A DNA stretch of 60,812 nt, filler included, from Hausera hauseri (lineage: Eukaryota), in assembly GCA_046269625.1 (NCBI GenBank). It is 10 parts of 10 records of this genome, joined end to end, with 100 filler letters (N's around TTAATTAATTAA, not from the genome) between each part and the next. Parts side by side here need not be neighbours in the genome. Positions count along the whole stretch, not along the records: positions 21,123 to 28,794 come from JBJURY010001237.1; positions 28,895 to 33,257 come from JBJURY010616776.1; positions 33,358 to 41,606 come from JBJURY010715436.1; 7 more parts are not named here. The stretch is one strand, 5' to 3'. Of the stretch, positions 26,001-38,341 are shown in pieces. Below the pieces are notes generated by a model. It saw only the letters and a program-made list of their open reading frames with translations. It was not told the origin of the DNA and did not search any database. Made by a program: the position numbers and the translations under genes. How positions within the stretch are numbered: position 1 is the first letter of the stretch; each line of letters begins with the position of its first letter.

Positions 26001-27356
26001 AAGATTAATAAAGAAAAGAAAACATCGTCAATCGTAACCAGACCGGTATCATGTGTACAAATAATTCTTGCCCTATCGTTAATCGCTTCGTATATGCCTA
26101 CAGCGAAATCAATAACTAGAGCCGAAAAACTACGATACGCGATGAAACGCCGGGATATCCAAAACATGCAGTCACTTAGAGTACGTGATTTGGATTGGAG
26201 TAAACCATGTGCATGGTTCGAAGCAAGCGAACCGGTTCAGAGCTATGTAAAATTTCAGATAATATTTGTCACCGGAAACACGATGAGAACGTGCGATTTT
26301 CCGTAGGGACATTACAAAAGATGTTGTGATTTAGACTTTGGACGAGCCTACGCATACAGATTTTAAATGTTTTATTCTAATCAGTTTGGAGCTCAAGCTT
26401 ATATACATTTAGAACTTGTAATAAGAATGCCCCAACGGAAGGATGCAAATCAAGCCAAGACGGACGAAACAATCCGAAGCACTGACCCGTTTAAAAGGCT
26501 CTTAGATTATAACATTATGGGAATTTACAAGGACTTGAAGAATCAATGCATACGAATTGAAACTAAGATAGAACTGCCTGGAGACAGACAAATTTCTATC
26601 CGATTTATACCATTGAATGCTTCTATTCCTATTCCAAAGTATTGTTTTTTGGCCAGACACCGATCTACTACGTGCTGCGTAATACAATTATGACAAAAGT
26701 ATCAGTTGCAATTCGATTTGTATAATACGTACCCCGGAGAGCCAAGCACTTATTTGCGTGGATATCGCCCGAGAATTGGAATATGGGAGCTTCCTCTTCC
26801 AACCACTACAAGTAAACCATCTACAAGTCCAAGTACAACTCTTCCTACTACGATCGTCACTTTGGACAAAATACCAGGAAGCATGCCAGTTAAGATTTTG
26901 GCAAAAAGCGACAAAATTGTATTTTATGCAGAAGAGACACTTAGTCGAGACATCAAAATTGAATGTCATACTTTGCACACCAACCAAGTCGTGATCCTGA
27001 AAAAGAATAGTCAAGAAGTTGAATGCAGGTTATTACGACCACAACATGACTATATAATCAGAATTACCGCAAAGGGTAAGAATCCTAAAACTTTAACAGT
27101 ACGAACTCTTGGCAATAAAGTTGAAGTAATGCCATATAAAGATATCAGTACTCAAAATGTATTCACCACGGAAAGTTCTATTGAGCCGAGTAATTTACCG
27201 TTAATAACTATATTTAGTTTGTCAATTTTCGTTCTTGTCATAATAACAGCGATGATTTTTCTAGTTCCCAAAAATTGTAATAAACGCTGTAAAAATCAAA
27301 AGGGATATAAATGGGTAAACGAGCACCGAGACGGACCTTATGATAGCATAACCTGA
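25989..27356 (+). pseudogene. Type I membrane protein (signal, Cys-containing FN3-like domains, S/T stalk, TM, short tail) in frame with integrase C-terminus
   Basis: ORFs 25989, 26367 and 26706 share one frame broken by three stops. Signal-like VQIILALSLIASYMPTAKS, FN3-like LLRPQHDYIIRITA, TM LITIFSLSIFVLVIITAMIFLV. Confidence 0.65.
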
Positions 27357-27949
27357 CAACTACAGATCGGGTTATCCTATCATCAGACAGAGAAAATGTT
27401 TTATTTCAAAACGATGACCTGTCTTAGGATTAACCTTTATTTTTATTTTAGCAGAGTAAGTATGGCCGAGAAGGCGAAAAATTCAGCAGTCAGTTCCAAT
27501 TTCGATATCGATGATTTCTTCCAGCAGCACGTCACTGTTCTTAAACCACTGTCCAAAAGTCTATACCGACAAATTGGAGAAACCCGAAAATCCAGAACTA
27601 TCTAGAGTTCAACCAAGAGAGTAAAAGACCAAACGGACTAAAATGGGGCTTAGAAGAGAATCGACTGGTTCGATTATATGCCATGAGAAATCCAAAAGAT
27701 GCACGAGCATACCTTTTAAGAGATCTAATTCAATATGAGCCGACACATTAGCAATTGTACGTACATGTCGCTGATGGAGAAATTAAATACAGAATCGTAG
27801 GACAATCCTGGAGTACGCAAGAAGGGCAGCAGTGGAAGTTTAGTACTTATGAGCTATGTTGCTAAAGCCTCATGAATTATGCCATAGAATTTAGGATCGC
27901 GGACCTTCCGACCAAAATCATGATCGAGATGACGTAGCGAACCGATGTA

Positions 27950-28645
27950 ATGAAGCCGCTACCACAGTTATTATACGTACAGAAACCATCGGAAGACGAG
28001 GTAGAGCAAAATGGAGAATCTTACAGATTAGTTGCAGACGGTAGGAACACCAGAATACTGGCCGTAAACTATGGAGAAAAAGATAACAGGTGGTATGCTC
28101 CAATTGAGGTCTCTATCAAAAATATTAATGGAGAAGAGATCCTAAATAAAATAATCGCGCCTCGAGTTATAATAAAGGACACTTTTCTTGACGTCACAGG
28201 AATTACGAAAGTTCAGCTTGAAAAAGGAAAGGATTTTTTGGAGATCCAAGAAGATATAAGCCATTGCTTATATGGATACGTCGTTACCGGATTCCGAGTG
28301 CACGAAGCTCTGGAGCGACTAGGAATTAGGCAAGAATACATGGCCGGAATTTGAGAAGTGAGCCGAAACCCAACAGTAGTGAGTCAAGTAGAAAACACGT
28401 TGATGCGGAAAAGAGGTTGTCTGCTTCCTTCCTCAGCATCTCGCGAATCACAGTTCAAAATGATGCTAAAGGCCATGAATGGCGAACAGTTAAAATTCCC
28501 TAAACTAGTGACAACGAGCCAACGAACTAAATTTATAAAGGACACCTATGACCATCTACGAGGGGATCACGAATGGAAACCCAGAAATCCCATACAGAAT
28601 GCGATATGCGACAACAACCCCAAGGCACTGATACAAAAATTTTGA
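27950..28645 (+). pseudogene. REX4/ISG20-like DEDDh exonuclease homologue with catalytic residues substituted
   Basis: EVSIKNINGEEILNKIIAP..DVTGIT..L..G.DFLEIQ..I...L.G.VVTG....AL..L follows the REX4 pattern RVSIVN..G..V.D.FVKP..VSGI...F...Q......L.G.ILVGH...DL; one in-frame TGA at 28352. Confidence 0.65.
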
Positions 28646-28794
28646 AAAGGGTTTAGTGAATACCCGAGCTATAGGCAGATCGAACCCCAAGGACATAACC
28701 GATTTTGAGTAACAATACATAATAACCCAATGGAAGTCCCGAACAACCAACAGAAACCATCAACCAGTAAAGCCCAAGGAGAAGTAACAATAAA

Positions 28795-28894
28795 NNNNNN
28801 NNNNNNNNNNNNNNNNNNNNNNNNNNNNNNNNNNNNNNTTAATTAATTAANNNNNNNNNNNNNNNNNNNNNNNNNNNNNNNNNNNNNNNNNNNN
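28795..28894. other. Artificial contig spacer
   Basis: N-run with TTAATTAATTAA core. Confidence 0.97.
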
Positions 28895-29200
28895 GAATGC
28901 TCCATCGGTTATACGAGGACGGGGAAAATCGACGTCTCTTCGACTCGTCGGTTTTCCTGCCATTGTTCCTGAGACTGATGGCGGCAACCGACCGCATTTA
29001 CGAATCCCTGGCTCCTTCGAAAAGTCAGTTAATTCCAGGCTGCCGTACCATCAAAGCACTGCGCACACTGACGTCGAGCTCCAGCTCGGACGATATTCGA
29101 GCCTGTCCACGTCGACGTCGTAGACTCGGATCGTCTTGATCCGCTACCGAGGAGTCGTATGCCTCCGCAGATGGCGATTGTCATGAAAATAAATGTTCCA
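28895..29200 (+). repeat. Dispersed GC/CpG-rich coding-like repeat, homologous to 53520-53870 (-)
   Basis: HRLYEDGENRRLFDSSVFLPLFLRLMAATDRIYESLAP vs HRFYQDGGNRRLFDLSVFLQVFLTLIAATDRLYESSAP. Confidence 0.75.
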
Positions 29201-29313
29201 ACAATTATCCAGTTTTGTTCATTTATATTTTTGTTTACTTGCTGTTTTATTGTTTTGGCGCAATGAGGTTATGGGGCAGAATTATGGTCTGTATTAAGGC
29301 AGAAACTTCTAAA

Positions 29314-31925
29314 ATGGTGGCACAGAATACCGCACACACGTCCCTTTCGCACAGGACCGTACATACTGGTTCAGGCATTCCGATAAACTCAGTCGTTGAA
29401 AACAATCCTGCTCAAACACCGCACACATCAGATGACAACAGTCAGGATAAAAATCAGAGTAATGCCGTCGAAAACAATCCGGCTACACTCATTCACATCA
29501 CCAAACGTGATTACACAACACCCGCTGACAATATCTTCAGCGCGGCTATCATTCAGGCAATCACAACGAGTGGAACTGAACAAAAGTCGAAGCCTGAATA
29601 TCCAAGCCAGGTTTCACGCACCAACACAGTCAAATCGGCACACAATTCCGATGACACAACAAAACCGCAAGTGATGCAAATTTCCATACGCGGATTACGC
29701 AACACGAAAGCATATCGTTTTTTGACACACATGTCTCTTAAGGCAATGCTACAACAGCTAGCCATTTCATATCCGGACCACATTTTTTCACGCAACGCGA
29801 ACATTTTGCGTCCATAGGATAGTCCAATTTTGGATCATTTCCCTAAAAATAACGCGACACTGCTCGCTACTCCGAAACTAAAAGGAGGCGCTGATGACCA
29901 CAAGCCGGACAAAAAAGCCGCAACTGCATCATCAGCACCGGCCAAACCTAGCAAATTAGCATGTCCCACTTTCTTCATAGGTTTGGACGGAACTCCATTA
30001 AAGTGGTTCCATGTGTTTGAAACATGGACTACTCAATTCAACATCACCGGCCAACTAAACGAGTCCTTAACACTAATACAATACCTGCAGCCAACAAGGC
30101 TCGCAGCAATAACGGATTTGGACACGTTACTGTCAAATGAAAAGGCGTTTGATAAAATCAGAGCAACAATATGCAAAGCATACCTGCCATCCCAACAGGA
30201 CCAGTTCAACTTGGTCTTCACCAAGCGACAGACAGGGAATATGAAACCTTCTGCTCTGCTTCAAAAGTTATGCTCAGAATTGAGCAATGCTGAGCTGGAC
30301 CTCCACAGCAATCAAATTCAAGCGGTACTTGTGCTATTACCGCCCGATACCACTTTGGGCGATGTGGCATCAAAAGCCAACAAAATACATGAGTGCACTA
30401 AAGGTACCGTAGAATCCGCATCAACGGAAAACATTCACTGCGTCACGGCGACCCACCAAAATAGATTGAACACCATTATTTCCGTACTGCACGCACTTGT
30501 AACGCACAAGAATCCGTCAGCCAGGGACTGTGTTTACATGTTTATCCTTTTTATATTTAAAAGTTCCATACACAAGGATGAGAACACTAAAGCAAATTTT
30601 CCAAAATTTGCCATTTCCACACACGATTTGGAGAATACGCCCATAAATGTTTCCATGGTTGTCAATTCGACAAGCCATCCGCAAATATAAAAATGCGAGG
30701 CACTTGCATTTATCACAATTATTTCGGTCCAGATGTAAAAATCTGTCGACCCAGCTGCAAATTTCACAAACCTAAATGGGCTCAGACGACCAACGGCACT
30801 TCGACTGGAAACTCAATCACCACAACTGCCGTGCACAAATAGCGAACGCATTGTCGATGCTATTTTCACCCTCAAGGCGGAGCCACTACACTCTGACATC
30901 TCGAAACAACTCCATTTTCTAATCGACACTGGTGCAGCTTTATCGCTGATACCTAGCGCATACGCTAGACCTACGCTGGTCTCCCATGCATCGCTCAAAG
31001 CTGCCAATGGCACGCGTATAGCAACTACAGGTACACTGTACCTACAATTTCACCTACAAGGCCGAAGATACGCTTGGTCATTCATATTGGCCGATGTCAT
31101 GCAACCAATCCTTAATTCTGACTTCCTAGATCACTACGATCTCACAATTAATTGCCTAAATCAACAACTCACCAGCGGGGGCAATCATTACCTCCACCCG
31201 CATTCACATTAACTACAAATGCTGTCACGGGCATTAAAATCGCAAATCCCATTGACATCGCTCCATTGCTGCAAGCGCAATACCCTAACCTGTTGAAACG
31301 CTCAGCACAACCAACACAGAAAGAGATGAATACATCACACTCTCTCGTCACATCATGTGACCGACCGATTCGATAACCCCGGAGGGAGCTTGACCCTGTC
31401 AAGCGAGCAGCCGCGGAAGCCGAATTCCGACACCTTGAAGAAACAGGCATCATACGCCATTCCACATAACCGTGGGCATCACCATTGCACATAATTCTCA
31501 AAAAGAACGGATCATACCGGCTTGTGGTGACTATAGAATGTTTAGTAACGTCACCATCCACGATTCATATCCAACACCGTTGGTAACAGACATATTGCAT
31601 TGCCTACATGATGCCGCAATATTCAGCACAATCAATCTGGAAAGGGCATACCATAAGATCACAGTGGCTACCGAAGATATTCCAAAAACTGCCGTAATAA
31701 CGCCTTTTAGTTTGTTCGAGTATCTACGTATGCCTTTTGGCTTACGGAATGCAAGTCAAACATTCCAACGCCACATAGACCAAGTCCTCATCGACATGCC
31801 TTATGCAATCTCGTATATAGATGACATATTGATTGCATCACCCAATGAAGCGACTCAAAAAACACATCTCGAACATGTTTCATAGGTTGAATGAAAACAA
31901 CCTAGTTAAACATAAACAAATGTTC
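29314..31925 (+). mobile_element. Decayed CsRn1-type Ty3/Gypsy element, divergent subfamily (UBL-gag, PR, RT; 3' truncated)
   Basis: MQISIRG...TPKLKGG (29674-29889), capsid P.FF...P.KWF..FE, two knuckles (CHFH..CFHGC, CIYH..CRPSC), FLIDTGA, PWASPL, YIDD. Confidence 0.9.
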
Positions 31926-33257
31926 AACAATTTTAATACTGTATAATTAGTTATAAAATAACTCAATTACTTTGAAATTGAATCGATCAATGTGACATGC
32001 TCAAATTCATATAAATTTGTTGACAAAGTAAATCAATTGTAAAATTTTTGAGTCATTTTTAATGGAGTCATTAACTCGTTTAATGTTCAAATAATAACTT
32101 AAAATATTCACGAATGGAAAACCGATCTTGCATCATTCAAAATTGTTCCAAAACATTTGTAAAGCTAGAGGTTTTATAAATCTATAATTCAACATTGATT
32201 TCAAACGTATCAATTTTTTGATCGACGAAAAAGCCACGTCTTACACACATCATCACCGATAATTAACCGACCGTTCAGCACGTTGACCTTGGGTATGACA
32301 AATTACTATTGATTTTCTGTATCAACTTCAACTAAGCGTTGTTCCGATGAGTCACTCAATCTTGTGAGCTGAAAATCATTGAACTTGCGCTTCAGTAACA
32401 GTTTTAAAATCATATAGTCTACGAAGCAATACAAATCCAAAAGGTTATAATTTCTTAATATTGAAACATTATTTTAAAACAAACTTCAGATTCCTTGTCA
32501 GTGATTATTTAACAAATTTTGTTGAATGGGAAAATTTTCCATATAAAATTAAAATGTATACGTCAAATACTAGTATTCCTTCAGGATTTTTCTGAAAGAG
32601 CAAGAATCGTCAAATATTTTGCAACGTTGGTCCATATTTTTATGACCGGGATTAAATGTACAAATTTCTGAAATAAAATTTTTTAGTGTTAGTTTGATAC
32701 AATCCGCCATTCATGAAAATGATTTGTCAATTTTATTTTGACTTGTAAGCATTATAGTAAAGTGGATCCCAACCACATTTTAGAAATTTTATAAGTATTA
32801 ACATTCAGATTATTATAAGTTCCATGTGAAATTATTTTAATGTTAAACACGACGTCATTAGCAACAAACCAAACCAAATTTGTTCAGTACCAGGAAATGC
32901 AATATATTAAAATGAATAAATTAAGACTGAATTTGGTGTGATTTTCGAACAGCTAAAACATTCTTGTTTAGCACATAAGCAATAATGAAAATAAAATAAA
33001 AATTGGTGGGTATGGATGAAAAAATAAAACGCTCCAGGAAGGGCTAAAATTACACAATTTTAACTTTCACTCCAGCGACGAGTAACATTGCAAATGTGTG
33101 AACAGATTTCTTCGGTCAACGGAAATTCAAGATAATTAGATTTTATTACGTAATCAATAAAGTAATGTTCATCGTTATATTCAGATTGAAATTGTCATTT
33201 TTGTTAATGTTTATCATGAAGAATTAATATTAACTCAAGTTACATTTCACTCACAAA

Positions 33258-33357
33258 NNNNNNNNNNNNNNNNNNNNNNNNNNNNNNNNNNNNNNNNNNN
33301 NTTAATTAATTAANNNNNNNNNNNNNNNNNNNNNNNNNNNNNNNNNNNNNNNNNNNN
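33258..33357. other. Artificial contig spacer
   Basis: N-run with TTAATTAATTAA core. Confidence 0.97.
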
Positions 33358-34670
33358 TAATAAAAAACTTTCCTGTTTTGATTTATTTTTTTAAACAATC
33401 TAAATAAGTGTAAATAGGTAAGATCAAGTAACGTAAGACATTTAATACATTTATTTAACTAAAACCATACGGAATTTTTTGTTTCACAACTGTATCACAA
33501 CCATTTACATTTAAAGTTTTACTAAAATTGTTCGGACCATGCACACAAGTTTTGAACATTTCTCTGTTTGCCCATATATGTTTCCTGTTTTGAGGATTTA
33601 GAGTTTTATCTAGACCTCTGCATTCGTCTGGTAATTTGGTTATAAGAAATGGTTTTGTCGGAGCATTAAATACTGCATCCATTGTATGAATAACACTGGT
33701 CGTAGGAATAATGAAATTTAGTATAATACTTCTCAATATTGCACTATTTTATATAACATTTTATGACCAATCAAATATTACCTTAATATAATTGGGGCTC
33801 AATTATGGCTCAACTATGTAATGCAATCAGTTAGCAAGTAATTAACAGGTCATTGTTGTTATTTATATAGTTGTGTGGATGTTGTACACGTGTATCAGCC
33901 GTTGGTCTTTGTGAATAGATAATCAAATGAATAAATTTATAAACTTTGACCAAATTTTGTTGGTGCAACAAAACGTAATCCGACCATTTCGGTTGAACCA
34001 ACAACATTTTATTATTTTCTTTTGGAATGGAGTTTGTACAATTTGTTATGATACATAACTCATAACCTTTCCCAGTCATTGTAGCAATATATTGAAAAGG
34101 ATACTTCGTATTGAGATTCAAAAGTCTTTATTAACAACGTTCAAAATGTTATTTTTAAAAATTTTATTAGTTATTGTGAGTTTCAAAAAAAGTCTATCAC
34201 GATTATCTGTTAACGAGATCAAGGTCATCCGGCTACTATTCAGAAACCCCCAAACGGTCGTTTTGAAACTGATTTATACGTTATGAAACAGTGTTGTTAA
34301 ATGAAAGACTACATAATCCTATGCACATATATAACAGTTAAAACCATCGTAAATATAAGTAAACCTCTAACATGAAATAACAAGTTGTGCTACAAAAAAT
34401 GATCTATAACGTTTCTTTACTGATAAAATATGGGTATTAAAATTGCATTGGTAAACATTCATAGACACCTATTGTGTTAAGCAAAATCGTTGCGTGTGAT
34501 AAATATTACAATACCCGTAACACATAACACAATACGGTAACAAATGTTTTATAACCTTTGTCAAAAAAAAGAATTATGTACATAAACTTGTGAACCTGAA
34601 AAAATAGCTTGTGGTAGGTACTACAGTGGAAATTATCTATAAGTGTAAGGGATATGTAATAGATGATTGG

Positions 34671-34693
34671 CACTACAATAACTCCCCCTTTCC
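34671..34693 (-). promoter_or_regulatory. Polypurine tract and start of 3' LTR
   Basis: Minus strand reads GGAAAGGGGGAG-TTAT-TGTAGTG downstream of integrase (PPT followed by a TGTAG LTR start); LTR end not determined. Confidence 0.65.
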
Positions 34694-35049
34694 GCGGCAA
34701 GGCGCGAACTGTAAAGATAAAACGAAATACGCAATGAACGCAAAACAAAGTAATGTGAACTAACTATACGGTCTTCCTATATACAAGGCGTTGTATTCCT
34801 TCAGATTTAGCACTATACTGTAGGTGTCGTTGAATCCGGTTGACGAGTTGATGAGGATAAAACTATGTCGGATGTCGTAGTTGAAGTTGGTATATTGTTC
34901 AGAGACGAGGAATGGGCTGGATGGGAAAATATAGGAGAAGAGGGGAGAAAAGTGGGGATATTAGTAGAAGGGATTTTAGGGGTAGGTTCTAGTAAAGGAG
35001 AAGGTGTAGGGTTTAGAGAAATGGGAATGGGAAAAGGTATTTGCGTCTG

Positions 35050-38000
35050 AAAAGGTGTAGAAGGTTTAATTTGGGGTGCATCATCAACGAAATAGGCTGG
35101 CTTTACGTTGTTGATGTGTACCGCCAGTTCCTTGCCGTCTTAAAAATAATGGCATTGTGGAAATTCAATTGCACGAGTTTGTAAGGCCCAAAATACCGTG
35201 GTTGAAAACTGCACGGCATTTGGTTTCTCAACCAGACGAATTTTGCATAATATAGATCCTCCGGTAAATATGTTCTATTGTTATTCAAGATCCTGCAGAA
35301 GAAATCTTTGATGACTAAAACAAAATGATCTTGTGCTAATCGGATAGTTTCGTCTGTCGGTGTATCTTCTAAGGCCGTTAACTCAAACAATGAACGTACG
35401 GGTGTTCCGAAAAGGGCTTCAATAGGTGAATAACCTGTAGAGGTAGAAGGGTTGTTACGCCAACCCAGAAGGATCAACGAAAGGAGAGTAGTCCAACTGC
35501 TATTGGATTCTGCGAGGATCCTCAATGACGCTTTTAGTGTTCTGTGGATTCTCTCTAGAAGACCACTCGATTGAGGGTAATACGGTGACGTGTGGATGTG
35601 GCTGATTCCTAATCGGTTAACGAGAGATTTAAACAAATTGGACTCAAACTCAGTACCTTGGTCCGTAATAATGAATCTAGGAGATCCAAATCTGCTGATC
35701 CACGTGCGTATAAAAAAGTAGGCTATTGTGTCCGTATTGGTGCTCCGTAGTGGGACGGCTTCCGGCCATCGTGATGAACGATCCATCATGGTTAAAATGA
35801 ACTGATGACCGTTGTCAAGAGGAAGGGGGCCAACAATATCAACGTGAACAGACTTGAAAAGTAATGTGCAAGGGAAACGGTATAATGGTGGCTTCAAATG
35901 TTTGGTGATTTTAAATTTCTGGCAAGCCACGCACTCCTTAATTCACGCTTGCACATCAGAACGCATAGTAGGTCATATTCCTTGCCGGTGGAATAAGAGA
36001 AAAGTCGCCTTAGCACCAGGATGATGCAAAGAATGTACACTGTTAAACGCTTGCTGTTGTAAAGATGGTGCGAGAAGTATTACGGAATGACCCGGTTTCG
36101 AAGTGTCTAAAGTCACGCCGTCAACAATTGTGCAAGACTTGAAAGATTTGAGCATGTCCCGAGATGGTTGGTTCTGTTGAAATTGTGCTTGAGTAAAGAT
36201 AGGTGAAAAGTTCATCGAAGCAACCGTTCTTGATAGGAAATCGGCAACCAAATTATTGACGCCGTTAATATGCTTTATGTCAAAGTTGAATGTCGACAGA
36301 TATGATATTTGTCGTTCTTGGAGTGAGGAAGGGTGTTTCATAACCATGATGTTTAGCAATGGCTTGTGATCGGTCTGAATGGTAAAACGGCGAGCGACAA
36401 GTGGGAAAAATGCTTCAAAGCAAGTACGATGGTTAATAATTCTCGATCAAACGTTGAATATCGAGTTTCAGGAGATGTCAGCTTACGGAAAAAAAATTCT
36501 AATGGTTGATTTTCTCCTTTGTACATTTGATGAAGTATAGCACCCACCGCAGTGGTTGAAGCGTTTGTAGTAACAATGAGTTCCGCGTCAGGCTTAGGGA
36601 AAACGAGAATGTCGACGGCCTCAGTTCCTTCACGAAGCTTGTCAAAGTTATTAACCAGGTCAGGTGTTTACTGGATTAGCTGATGTTTTTTGCCGCCGCT
36701 TAAGTGAGCAAATGGTGCCGTAAGTTCATAGCAGTACGGCATATACTTGTGAACGAAGTGTAAAGTTCCCAGAAAGCTCCTCATTTCTGATGTTGTTCGA
36801 GATAGTTGTATACTTTTGAGAGCTTCAACACGTTCTGGCTGAGGAGAATGACTGTTAGCTGAAATGGTGTGTCCTAGAAAGTTAATACGCTTTTGGGAGA
36901 AGTGGCATTTTGTAAAATTAATTTGTAAATTATGGTGGTTAAGTCGTTGGAAACAGAACGAAGGTGTTCCTCATGCTGTTTGGTTGAAGAGGAAGCAATC
37001 AAGATATCGTCGATATATGAGTGCGCGAAAGTGAAATCCGAGAGGATAGAATCAATGTGGCGTTGGAAAGTCTGTGCAGCGTTGCGTAAACCAAAAGGCA
37101 TATAAATGTATTCGTACAGACCGAAAGGTGTCGTAACGGCGGTTTTCTCAATGTCCTCAGATGTTACAGGAATTTGATGATATGCCTTGGCTAAGTCTAT
37201 GGTTGAGTATACTGTAGTAGAATTGAGCCGGTGTAGAATACCCTTAATTAATGGTAAAGGATATGCATCCATAACAGTTAAAGTGTTTTGTTGACGGTAA
37301 TCACCGCATGGTCTAAAAGATCCATCCTTTTTTGACAACGTGTAAAGGTGAAGACCAGGGCGATTTAAATCTGCGTACAATACCGGAGCGTTCAAGGTTT
37401 ATAAATTCCTCTTCGACAGCTTTCCTACGACGGGGTGACAAAGGGCGTACCTTTTGACGAATAGGTCTTTGGTGTTGCGTTATGATGTGATGAAAAGTGC
37501 TGTTTGTAGGTGTGAAAGTTCGGTCATTCTAGATTAAGCGGGGGCATGAATTGAGTATGTATTGCCGTAGGCTTGCAGGCAATTGCGAAAGATTGGATGA
37601 TGATGGTGGTGTTGAATCAATATGTGCTGTGACGAGTGATGTGTGATAGTTATTGAAATCAAGAGGGATTTAGTGTAGGATAGTAGCATTGAAAATAGTG
37701 TTTGAAGAGGTAATTTTGTCAAGTGAATGTACTGAACCAACACAATTGTTGTTGTCAGAACCAAATCTTGACTGAATATCAATATTGTCGTTAAAAAATT
37801 TACGAAATGAAGAATGCTTGTTGAAGAAAGTTGCATTACTTACAGAATGTTTGAGTATAGGCTTCCGCAGGTAGATCTTTTGCGCCTTAGCGGATATACC
37901 ATTTATTTGCTTGGTAAGATATCCAGTAGGGTTACGTTTCAGACACTGTTGTTTGCAATCAACTAAAAACTTATAGTGCGATAAGAAATCCGAACCTAAG

Positions 38001-38341
38001 ATTGCTGTGCGGACGTTAGCGACGGTAAACGTCCAATGAAATGTGGAATGGAATTTTGGTAAAGCGAACGACAATGTAGATGTACCTGAAATGTCAAGCG
38101 GTTCTCCAGAAGCCGTAAATAACAATTTAGCTTTGAATGGTGAATTTTATACGGGGAACGTGAGTGGTAGCAGAGAAACTGCAGCGCCTGTGTCGATAAG
38201 GAAATCTATGGATTAAATTGTTAGTGTGATTATCGAAGCCTTTAGTGTAAAGACTACAAAAGAAGAGTGTCGGCAGGTAATATTAAAGGAGTTGCCTTTG
38301 CCAGACTCTGCCGTGAGTACTGGCGGCGAAATCAGTTTTTT
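35050..38341 (-). pseudogene. pol: pol pseudogene (PR-RT-RH-IN)
   Basis: ORF fragments 37670-38125, 36874-37395, 36353-36547, 35973-36359 and 35103-35930. Confidence 0.92.

Larger units (their letters stand above)
21123..28794 (+). mobile_element. Large decayed Ty3/Gypsy element (internal region) with glycoprotein and accessory ORFs
   Basis: Co-oriented, similarly decayed ORFs: glycoprotein, linker, PR, RT, RH, IN, membrane protein, exonuclease-like. LTRs and gag are not within the contig. Confidence 0.85.

Noticed and set aside
31930-33257. Possible decayed gene in AT-rich sequence
   Set aside because: The frames I translated are stop-rich and no motif could be recognised.
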